Assembly: GCA_947570515.1 (NCBI GenBank)
Contig: CANOUM010000001.1
Span: 1 to 38,530, forward strand
Reading direction: 5' to 3'
From: an uncultured Clostridia bacterium
GTDB lineage: Bacteria; Bacillota; Clostridia; Lachnospirales; Bianqueaceae
Length of the DNA: 38,530 nucleotides
The notes under the pieces are model-generated. The model saw only the letters and a program-made list of their open reading frames with translations. It was not told the DNA's origin and ran no database searches. This document shows positions 18,112-25,861 of the stretch, one piece after another. The position numbers were made by a program, and so were the translations under genes. The number at the start of each line of letters is the position of its first letter. Position 1 is the first letter of the stretch.

Positions 18112-20256
18112 TTATCCTTTCTTGGTAAACAGCATTACATAGCTGACAAAATCGCGGCGGGGGAAGAAGGTCAGAGGAAGACCTGCCTGCATTAAGGCGC
18201 TGCCGCTGTAGCTGCGGCCGGCTTCATCGGTGTAGTAGGCAGCTGCGTCCAAACCGCGCAGAAATACACGGGGAGGACAGGGATTGGGTTCGCTAAGCTT
18301 CCGATAGCAGCAGAGCAGCAGCTGATCTTCATATAAGAATTGCCATGCAGCATAATTAGAAGAACCAAACGGGGAAAGAAGGCGTGTAAATTCTCCGTTT
18401 TGCGTAATGCTCCGCAGCGCTTTTACTTTTTCTACAAAGGCTTTGGCGGTTGTCAGATCCTCGTCGGAAAGCCGGCTCAGATCGAGCTCAAAACCGAAAT
18501 TGCCGCCCAGTGCTACATCGCCGCGCATCTGCATGCTGGTCAGGCGTCCGACCTGGTGATTCGGGCTGGCACTGATATGGGCGCCCATGGCCGCGGCAGG
18601 ATAGACAAGGGAGGTGCCGTATTGGATTTTGAGGCGTTCGATCGCATCGGTATTATCGCTGGTCCAGGTCTGCGGCATATAGTAGAGCATGCCGGCATCA
18701 AAGCGTCCGCCGCCGCCGGAGCAGCTTTCAAACAGGATCTCTGGAAAAGCGGAGGTGATTTCCTCCAAAATATGATATAAGCCAAGCATATAGCGGTGCT
18801 GCACCTCCATTTGCCGCTCTGCGGGCAGATAGGAGGAGAAGGCTTCGGTCATATTGCGGTTCATATCCCATTTCACATAGGAAATGGGGGCGCTGCTTAG
18901 CGTGTCCTTGAGCATTTGAATGATGAAATCCTGAACGTCAGGGCGGGTAAGATCCAGAATGAGCTGGTGGCGGGCCTCTGTGCGCGTGCGGCCGGGTGCG
19001 TGCAGGCACCAGTCAGGGTGAGCGCGGTAGAGATCGCTGTCGGGCGAGATCATCTCGGGCTCGAACCAGAGACCGAACTGCAGCCCCAGTGCATTGACCT
19101 TTTCGGCGATGCCGCGCAGACCATGCGGCAGTTTGCGGGTATTGACGTACCAATCGCCGAGTGAGCGGTGGTCATCATCCCGCGCGCCAAACCAGCCGTC
19201 GTCCAGTACAAACAGCTCAATACCGAGCTGAGCAGCAGTCTGAGCGATCTGCAGGATCTTATCTTCATCGAAGTTAAAATAGGTGGCTTCCCAGTTGTTA
19301 ATCAGAATCGGGCGCACCCGATCATTCCAGGGGCTTTTGCAGAGACAGTGACGGTAGATGTGATGATAAATATGGGACATGCCGTTTAAGCCATGCTGTG
19401 AATAAACGAGAAGGGCTTCCGGAGTCTGAAAGCTTTCGCCGCTTTCCAGCAGCCAGTGGTGTGTGGCTGGGTTCAGTCCGATCATCATCGTTGTATTTTC
19501 GCTGTCGTTCACCTGACAGCTGGCGGCAAAGCTGCCGCTGTAGATAAAGTTCATAGACCATACGCTGCCGCTATGTTCTGTGGTTTCAGGGGCAGCAGCT
19601 GCTAAAAATGGATTTTCTTCATGACCGGAGGCACCGCGCTGACTTTCAATGCGATAGGAGGCCTGGCCTAAGGGCGTTCTGACAAGCTGTCGCTCACGCG
19701 CGTGAGCACCGCGCAGATGAATCATCTCGAAATCACGACCATACAGCACCGCCGTCGCAGACGCCATATGCGTGATGCGCAGCGGCTCAGTACCGCGGTT
19801 GGTGAGATGCATGCTGCGCGCCAGTCCTTCACCAACGATGCTGTAGGAAAGCTCAGCCTCCAGGCCGGTAAGCGGATCACGCAGAACAAGAACCAGCGTT
19901 TCAGCGCCGCTTTGATGCACATGGGGAAGGCCCTGCAGCGCCGGTTTCTCATCAAGCAGACGGTAGTCCTGATACTGAAGGCAGGTGAGATGATTGCCGG
20001 CCGCATTCTCAGCCTGCAGCGCCGCTTCGCCATACCAGCCGGTGCCGACAGAGGGAAGCTCATGAGGCAGGCGCTGCGTCAGCAGCGCAAAGGAAGAACC
20101 GGCCGAAAAGCTCTGCAGCAAATAGTCAAGATCTGCATGAGCAAGCGGGGCGCCCCAGTATAGGTTAAATAACTGTCCGTCCTGCACCTTGAGCACATAG
20201 CTGAAAGCAGGACTGGACAAATGAAAAATCTGATTTTGCTTATCAATATCAATCAT
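18112..20256 (-). CDS. Alpha-galactosidase, glycoside hydrolase family 36
   Basis: GH36 hallmarks NNWEATYFNFDE, KWDMNR and CSGGGGRFD. 714 aa with no signal peptide. Confidence 0.9.
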   Translation of the reverse strand: MIDIDKQNQIFHLSSPAFSYVLKVQDGQLFNLYWGAPLAHADLDYLLQSFSAGSSFALLTQRLPHELPSVGTGWYGEAALQAENAAGNHLTCLQYQDYRLLDEKPALQGLPHVHQSGAETLVLVLRDPLTGLEAELSYSIVGEGLARSMHLTNRGTEPLRITHMASATAVLYGRDFEMIHLRGAHARERQLVRTPLGQASYRIESQRGASGHEENPFLAAAAPETTEHSGSVWSMNFIYSGSFAASCQVNDSENTTMMIGLNPATHHWLLESGESFQTPEALLVYSQHGLNGMSHIYHHIYRHCLCKSPWNDRVRPILINNWEATYFNFDEDKILQIAQTAAQLGIELFVLDDGWFGARDDDHRSLGDWYVNTRKLPHGLRGIAEKVNALGLQFGLWFEPEMISPDSDLYRAHPDWCLHAPGRTRTEARHQLILDLTRPDVQDFIIQMLKDTLSSAPISYVKWDMNRNMTEAFSSYLPAERQMEVQHRYMLGLYHILEEITSAFPEILFESCSGGGGRFDAGMLYYMPQTWTSDNTDAIERLKIQYGTSLVYPAAAMGAHISASPNHQVGRLTSMQMRGDVALGGNFGFELDLSRLSDEDLTTAKAFVEKVKALRSITQNGEFTRLLSPFGSSNYAAWQFLYEDQLLLCCYRKLSEPNPCPPRVFLRGLDAAAYYTDEAGRSYSGSALMQAGLPLTFFPRRDFVSYVMLFTKKG

Positions 20257-20321
20257 GGAATCCGTTTATCCTTTCTGAAGATATATATTTTTGTTCACTA
20301 TACAGGATTGATACAGGCATG

Positions 20322-20684
20322 TCAACGGTTTTGAAAAGCAGCGCGCTCTTTTTTTAGCTCCTCATAAAGCTGCCGTGAGGTCCATGACTGATTAGTAGGA
20401 GTGAGCACGGCTTTGAGGGCAATACCGGTGATCTCAAGACGGCGCATAAGATCCAGGAACAGGCTGAGCTGCTCACTGCTCAGGCCGCAGAAAACCATCA
20501 TAGGCTCTTCCAGAGGAGAGGAGGCGGAGGGCAGCACCGCGGGCGAAGTAGAGAGCGAGAGCTGCTGCAGGGGCAGGATATATTCAGCGGGAGTAATATG
20601 GCGATAGGATAATTTGTGGATGGATAGAGCGGCCTGCAGAGCAGGCCAGCAAGGGGTATTTTCAATCTGATACAATAAAATCAT
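20322..20684 (-). CDS. DUF3783 domain-containing protein
   Basis: About 120 aa. The C-terminal KAVLTPTNQSWTSRQLYEELKKERAAF matches my memory of DUF3783. Start set at MILLYQ (ATG at 20684), with GGAGG 7 nt upstream. Confidence 0.6.
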   Translation of the reverse strand: MILLYQIENTPCWPALQAALSIHKLSYRHITPAEYILPLQQLSLSTSPAVLPSASSPLEEPMMVFCGLSSEQLSLFLDLMRRLEITGIALKAVLTPTNQSWTSRQLYEELKKERAAFQNR

Positions 20685-20722
20685 AGATAACCTCCGTGAT
20701 AAAATGAAAACGGACTTTACAG

Positions 20723-20765
20723 GTGACAAGACAGATGCTTGACATATGCTGAATATAGTGTATAA
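20723..20765 (+). promoter_or_regulatory. niaR promoter with overlapping imperfect inverted repeat (candidate NiaR operator)
   Basis: TTGACA (20738-20743), 16-nt spacer, TATAAT (20760-20765). TGACAAG (20723-20729) N7 CTTGACA (20737-20743) overlaps the -35 element. Confidence 0.5.
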
Positions 20766-20797
20766 TGAACAAAAATGAAAGTCAAGGAGGGAGCAGC

Positions 20798-21337
20798 ATG
20801 GATGCAGCGCAGAGGCGTGAAAGGATTATTGCAATGTTGGATGAGAGCGATCGGCCGATTTCAGGCAGTGAATTTGCAAAGCGTCTGGGCGTGAGCCGGC
20901 AGGTGGTGGTACAGGATATGGCGCTTTTGCGGGCATCGAACCGCAATATTTTATCCACAAATAAAGGATACATACATTTTAATCCCGGATTAAAGAAGCA
21001 GCAAAAAAGGCGCTGCATTAAAGTATGCCATCATACGGCGCAGATTAGAGATGAACTGTATACGATTGTGGATGCGGGAGCCAGAGTGCTGGATGTAATG
21101 GTGGAGCATTCGATTTACGGTTCTATCAGTGTGGATCTGCTGATTGAAAACCGGCAGGATGCTGATGAATTTGTTAAGAGGATTGAAGCCGGAGATACGC
21201 GCCCGCTTAAGGAGCTGACCGATAATGTGCATTATCACACAATTGAAGGGGCCTCCGAGGCAGTGCTGGATCAGGCGGTTGCCAATCTAAAGAAAAAAGG
21301 GTATTTCATGGAAGGGGAAGACAGTACAAATGAGTAA
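20798..21337 (+). CDS. niaR: Transcription repressor NiaR (NadR/YrxA type; HTH + 3H domain)
   Basis: N-terminal HTH RRERIIAMLDESDRPISGSEFAKRLGVSRQVVVQDMALLR. C-terminal His-rich 3H-like region (CHHTAQ, VEHSIYG, VHYHTIEG). AGGAGG RBS before the ATG at 20798. Confidence 0.8.
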   Translation: MDAAQRRERIIAMLDESDRPISGSEFAKRLGVSRQVVVQDMALLRASNRNILSTNKGYIHFNPGLKKQQKRRCIKVCHHTAQIRDELYTIVDAGARVLDVMVEHSIYGSISVDLLIENRQDADEFVKRIEAGDTRPLKELTDNVHYHTIEGASEAVLDQAVANLKKKGYFMEGEDSTNE

Positions 21338-22376
21338 GTTTAAAAGTTTTTTAGAGCGGAAGGACATCGTTTTTTCCGCTAAACGGTATGGGATCGATGC
21401 ATTGGGCGCTATGGCACAGGGCCTTTTTGCTTCGCTTTTGATCGGAACTATTTTGAGCACGCTGGGTCAGCAGCTGGGGATTGAGATATTAGAGCAGATC
21501 GGAAACTTTGCTTCTTCCGTAAAAGGAGCTGCGATGGCGATTTCTATTGGATATGCGCTGCATTGTCCGCCTCTGGTACTGTTCTCCTTAGCCGCCGTTG
21601 GCTATGCCGCCGACACGCTGGGGGGAGCAGGCGGTCCGCTTGCAGTGCTGGTGATGGCGATCATTTCAGCAGAGCTTGGAAAAGCAGTGAGTAAGGAGAC
21701 GAAGGTCGACATTTTGGTGACGCCAATTGTAACGATTTGCAGCGGCGCGCTGCTTTCGATCTGGTGTGCGCCGGCTATCGGAGCAGCAGCAAGTTCAGTA
21801 GGCAAGGCTATCATGTGGGCTACAGAGCTGCAGCCGTTCTTTATGGGCATTCTGGTTTCGGTGATTGTGGGGATTGCACTTACTCTGCCGATCAGCAGTG
21901 CTGCGATCTGTGCGGCTCTTTCACTTACCGGATTGGCAGGCGGCGCTGCAGTCGCCGGGTGCTGTGCGCAGATGGTAGGATTTGCAGTGATGAGCTTTAA
22001 AGAAAACCGCTGGGGCGGCTTGGTCGCGCAGGGAATCGGCACCAGTATGCTGCAGATGGGAAACATTGTAAAGAATCCAAGAATCTGGATTCCGCCGACA
22101 CTGGCAGCTGCCATTACAGGGCCGCTGGCAACATGCGTATTTAAAATGCAGATGAACGGCGCGGCTGTTTCCTCCGGGATGGGGACTTGCGGTCTGGTAG
22201 GTCAGATTGGAGTGTACACCGGCTGGGTAAACGATGGAATCGCCATTGGTGCCTTTGAGTGGATCTCTTTGATTTTGATTTCCTTTGTACTGCCGGCTGT
22301 GCTCACATGGCTGATTGCGCTTCCCATGAGGAAAAAAGGCTGGATCAAGGAAAACGATTTAAAACTGGATTTATAA
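21330..22376 (+). CDS. PTS EIIC_2-like polytopic membrane permease (no EIIA/EIIB partners in window)
   Basis: 348 aa, Gly/Ala-rich with about 10 TM. The N-terminus MSKFKSFLERKDIVFSAKRYGIDALGAMAQG resembles proteins annotated as PTS sugar transporter subunit IIC (PF13303), from memory. 8-nt overlap with niaR. Confidence 0.55.
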   Translation: MSKFKSFLERKDIVFSAKRYGIDALGAMAQGLFASLLIGTILSTLGQQLGIEILEQIGNFASSVKGAAMAISIGYALHCPPLVLFSLAAVGYAADTLGGAGGPLAVLVMAIISAELGKAVSKETKVDILVTPIVTICSGALLSIWCAPAIGAAASSVGKAIMWATELQPFFMGILVSVIVGIALTLPISSAAICAALSLTGLAGGAAVAGCCAQMVGFAVMSFKENRWGGLVAQGIGTSMLQMGNIVKNPRIWIPPTLAAAITGPLATCVFKMQMNGAAVSSGMGTCGLVGQIGVYTGWVNDGIAIGAFEWISLILISFVLPAVLTWLIALPMRKKGWIKENDLKLDL

Positions 22377-22391
22377 TATCACATAACAAAA

Positions 22392-22424
22392 CAAGCCTTC
22401 CGGCTCTATACGCCGGAAGGCTTG
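22392..22424. terminator. Hairpin terminator between convergent genes (good U-tract on minus strand)
   Basis: CAAGCCTTCCGG (22392-22403) pairs with CCGGAAGGCTTG (22413-22424) around a 9-nt loop. Confidence 0.75.
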
Positions 22425-22465
22425 CTTGTATGAAGAGAGGGCATAGCTGATGAAAGGTGTGCCTT

Positions 22466-23008
22466 TTATTTTTTTACCGGGCTGTGCGTTAATTTTTTGG
22501 ATAAGTACAGAACAAGATCATCATCATTTTTACAATCCGTATAGGGCTCGCATACCTCCTCCAGATACCATACGCCTGTGCCATCCGGGATATAGCCGCG
22601 TTTTACATACAAGCGCTGGGCGCTTCCGTAGCCGCTGTGCATGCCCACTCCCAAATAAACGGTGTCAGCATAGCCAGCTGCAACCTGCTCAGCCACATCC
22701 ATCAGCTTGCTTCCAATGCCTTTGCAGCGGTATTTTTCCAGTACGCCAAAATCAACAATCTCCGGATATCCTTTGTATGCAAAGGATCCCCACTCTGAGT
22801 TAGGATATACGTTGATATAGCCGGCAATATGATGACGATATTCGGCCACCAGCGTTGTTGCTTTGCCTTCTGCCTGATGACGCAGTCGCATACGGTATTT
22901 TTCAATATCAGCCTGCCAGCCCTGGGCAATTTCTTCGTCGGTGATGATCTGGGCATCTTCAGGCTGCAGGTCACGAACCAGAATATCTTGATCTTGATAA
23001 TAAATCAT
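22466..23008 (-). CDS. GNAT family N-acetyltransferase
   Basis: Acetyl-CoA motif A YRCKGIGSKLM (R/QxxGxG/A). 180 aa. AAGGAG RBS. Confidence 0.8.
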   Translation of the reverse strand: MIYYQDQDILVRDLQPEDAQIITDEEIAQGWQADIEKYRMRLRHQAEGKATTLVAEYRHHIAGYINVYPNSEWGSFAYKGYPEIVDFGVLEKYRCKGIGSKLMDVAEQVAAGYADTVYLGVGMHSGYGSAQRLYVKRGYIPDGTGVWYLEEVCEPYTDCKNDDDLVLYLSKKLTHSPVKK

Positions 23009-23053
23009 GGGTTTCTCCTTTACGACAAGTTTACTTCAAAAAATCAAACGGAT

Positions 23054-23276
23054 ATGTACGCAATTCTTTTTTTGCGTACATGTAAGTATAAGAAATAAAA
23101 GCATTTATGTACGCAGTTTCCCACTTTGCACACATATAACAAGCAATATATTGAAAAGAGTTGTATGCAATAGACGGATTGCGTACATGTGATGTATCAG
23201 TTTTTAAGATGATGTGCATGCAAATCGGCTTACTGCGTACACATGACTGCCCAAATCATACAGAGGCATGTACGCA
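23054..23276. repeat. Array of six copies of ATGTACGCA / TGCGTACAT in alternating orientation
   Basis: Forward copies at 23054-23062, 23107-23115 and 23268-23276. Reverse copies at 23073-23081, 23180-23188 and 23234-23241 (the last is an 8/9 match). Confidence 0.9.
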
Positions 23277-23460
23277 AAAAGTCCATGAACGATTCTTACT
23301 GCCATTTTTACTTAAATATCGCAAGTTTGCTGAAAGCAAGCTTGGAGCGCAGTACAAGTATTTGATTAGCCAAATTATATCTTACTGCGCTTAGTATATC
23401 ATATGAAAGATACGATTTCTACGATAGTTTTGAATATAACAGTTGTTAGTCTGTATACCC

Positions 23461-23489
23461 TTGCAATTTGAAGGTAAACACGGTATGAT
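23461..23489 (+). promoter_or_regulatory. Candidate sigma-A promoter for the C-N hydrolase operon
   Basis: TTGCAA (23461-23466), 17-nt spacer, TATGAT (23484-23489). AAGGAGG RBS at 23517-23523. Confidence 0.5.
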
Positions 23490-23533
23490 AGAGCAGAAAG
23501 TTTGGCTCAGCTGACAAAGGAGGACAAAACCAA

Positions 23534-24358
23534 ATGAAAGATCAAGTCAGGTTAGCGCTTATTCAGTTTGAAAGTAAACTTGGCAGAGTAGCTGAAAACC
23601 GTGAAAAAGCCGAAAAGATGATCCGCACGGCGGCCAATAAAGGGGCGGAGCTCATCTGTCTGCCGGAGCTGTTTAGTACGGGATATAATTTAGATATAAT
23701 TGGAAGAGAGATCAATCAGATGGCGGAGCCGCTCAGCGGCCCGACCATCATCAGGATGCAGAAGCTCGCAAAAGAGCTTGGTGTCTTTATTGTAGTTCCC
23801 ATCGCCCTGCAGCTTGCAGAAGGCAGGCCCTTTAACAGTGCCGTTTTCATCGGCGATCAGGGAGAGATCATCGGTACATACAGTAAGTGTCATCTGTTTG
23901 AGACAGAGCGTCTGTATTTTCAGGAGGGAAATGAATTTCCGGTATATGAGACAAGTCTTGGAAAAGTCGGCATTATGATCTGCTTCGATGCGGGATTTCC
24001 TGAAGCAGCCAGAACGCTGGCACTTCGAGGCGCGGAGATCATCCTGTGTCCGGCGGCATGGCGGATTCAGGACACGCGTATGTGGGAGCTGAATATGCCG
24101 CAAAGAGCGCTGGAGAACAGCTGCTATGTAGGAGCAGTCAATCGTTTTGGACATGAAGATACGCTTTATATGGGGGGATTTTCTATGGCCTGCGGCCCGG
24201 AGGGGGACGTGCTCGAAAAGCTGGAGCAGGAACAGGAGGATATTTTGTATTGCACGCTGGACGGTCAGCGGCTGGCAAATTATCGGGCTGATGGCGGACC
24301 CTATCTGCCCTACCGCCGTCCGGAGCTTTATACAGAGGTAAGCAAACAGGAGGATTAG
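23534..24358 (+). CDS. Carbon-nitrogen hydrolase (nitrilase superfamily) family protein
   Basis: Glu-Lys-Cys triad contexts: LICLPELF, YSKCHLF and GIMICFD. 274 aa. Confidence 0.85.
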   Translation: MKDQVRLALIQFESKLGRVAENREKAEKMIRTAANKGAELICLPELFSTGYNLDIIGREINQMAEPLSGPTIIRMQKLAKELGVFIVVPIALQLAEGRPFNSAVFIGDQGEIIGTYSKCHLFETERLYFQEGNEFPVYETSLGKVGIMICFDAGFPEAARTLALRGAEIILCPAAWRIQDTRMWELNMPQRALENSCYVGAVNRFGHEDTLYMGGFSMACGPEGDVLEKLEQEQEDILYCTLDGQRLANYRADGGPYLPYRRPELYTEVSKQED

Positions 24359-24362
24359 ACAT

Positions 24363-25073
24363 ATGCTGGAAGCAATTTTATTTGATTTGGACGGCACATT
24401 GCTGCCCATGGATATGGAAGGGTTTATCAAGGCCTATTTTGGCGCCATCGCGCAAAAAATGGCGCAGGTAGACATCGATACTAAGAAGCTGCTGGATACC
24501 ATATGGAAGGGAACGGATGCGATGGTCGCAAACGACGGCTCTTGCTTAAATGAAGCTAGATTTTGGCAGGTCTATGAGGAGCATATGGGCACAGAGGCAC
24601 TTCAGTATCAATCTGTATTTGATGAATTTTACCAGACGGAGTTTGAAGCGGCAAGAGCCGCTACGTCGGCGAATCCTCAGATCCGGGAGCTGGTGGACTG
24701 GATCCGGGAAAAGAACATTCCGATGGTGGTGGCGACCAATCCGGTATTTCCTAAGGCAGCGCAGTACAAGAGGATTGGCTGGGCGGGTCTTAGGCCGGAA
24801 GAATTTTGCTATATTACTTCATATGAAAACAGTCATTACTGCAAGCCTAATCCAGCTTATTATCAGGAGATTTTATCGCAGCTGGGTCTGGAAGCAGAGC
24901 ATACGCTGATGGTCGGAAACGATGTGACAGAGGACATGGCAGCCGCTGAGCTTGGTATGCCGGTATTTTTGCTGACGGATTGTTTGTGGAATCCTAAAAA
25001 TAAGCCGATCGACAGCTATCCGCACGGAGATGTGGCTGCGCTTAAACAATATATAGCAGGGTATCAAGGATGA
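24363..25073 (+). CDS. HAD family hydrolase
   Basis: Motif I FDLDGTL, motif II VVATN and motif IV VGNDVTEDM. Confidence 0.85.
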   Translation: MLEAILFDLDGTLLPMDMEGFIKAYFGAIAQKMAQVDIDTKKLLDTIWKGTDAMVANDGSCLNEARFWQVYEEHMGTEALQYQSVFDEFYQTEFEAARAATSANPQIRELVDWIREKNIPMVVATNPVFPKAAQYKRIGWAGLRPEEFCYITSYENSHYCKPNPAYYQEILSQLGLEAEHTLMVGNDVTEDMAAAELGMPVFLLTDCLWNPKNKPIDSYPHGDVAALKQYIAGYQG

Positions 25074-25846
25074 GCGAGATTTTACATATCTGTCTGATTG
25101 CCTGTCCGCTGGTTTTTATTGCCGGCTTTGTTGATTCGGTAGCAGGCGGCGGAGGCATCATTTCCATTCCTGCCTATCTGCTGGCAGGGATGCCGACCTA
25201 TCTGGCACTGGGAACCAATAAGTTGGTCGCCTGTATGGGAACAGCTCTTTCGTCCGTCAAGTATTTCCGAAGCGGAAGAGTCATCGTCAAAATTGCGGCG
25301 CTCGCCGCTGTGGGCTCGCTGTGCGGCTCCTTCATCGGAACCAATCTGGCTTTATTGATCCCCGAGAGGGCGCTGCGCATTGTGGTGCTGGTTGCTTTGC
25401 CGGCTGTTGCACTTTTTCTGATTCGACGGCGTGAGTTCGGGCAGGCAGAAAATGAAAGAAAAGAGATGGAAAATGGCAAGGAGACGGCTTTGGCGCTTGG
25501 AAGCGGCCTTACCATCGGCTTATATGACGGTCTGATCGGCCCGGGTACAGGCACCTTCTTTATCTTAATTTTCAGTGGTATTTTTGGGCTGGATCTTCTG
25601 ACGTCCTCTGGATGTGCTAAGATTTCTAATCTGGCCTCCAATGTCATGTCAACTATCATCTATGTAATCAACGGAAAAGTCTGGTTTGCGGTGGCGGTAC
25701 CGGCTATGATCTGCTGTATGCTGGGCAATTATGCCGGAGCCAGGTATGCCATTAAGGGCGGCAGCGGCAATGTGCGCAAGATTATGCTGCTGGTGCTGGT
25801 ACTTTTATTTGTCAAGATCGGTCTGGAAATGACCGGTATCCTATAA
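25070..25846 (+). CDS. TauE/SafE (TSUP) family anion exporter-like membrane protein
   Basis: 258 aa, about 8 TM, with the two-repeat TSUP pattern (GGGGIISIPAYL... / GPGTGTFFIL). ATGA overlap with the HAD gene. Confidence 0.8.
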   Translation: MSEILHICLIACPLVFIAGFVDSVAGGGGIISIPAYLLAGMPTYLALGTNKLVACMGTALSSVKYFRSGRVIVKIAALAAVGSLCGSFIGTNLALLIPERALRIVVLVALPAVALFLIRRREFGQAENERKEMENGKETALALGSGLTIGLYDGLIGPGTGTFFILIFSGIFGLDLLTSSGCAKISNLASNVMSTIIYVINGKVWFAVAVPAMICCMLGNYAGARYAIKGGSGNVRKIMLLVLVLLFVKIGLEMTGIL

Positions 25847-25861
25847 ATCAGGGAGGAAATT

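Noticed and set aside
23161-23394. 77-aa ORF inside the motif-array region (repeated LRT tripeptides, several Cys)
   Set aside because: It has a TTG start with only a weak purine stretch upstream. The LRT repeats are just the translation of the TGCGTACA DNA motif. It overlaps other equally weak ORFs on both strands.
23690-24430. 246-aa minus-strand ORF
   Set aside because: It is antisense to the C-N hydrolase gene, which carries a clear Glu-Lys-Cys triad. I made the same judgement for the antisense ORFs at 32842-33492 (sulfatase), 21602-22114 (EIIC-like gene), 7093-7614 (DUF3737) and 33467-33934 (flavin reductase).
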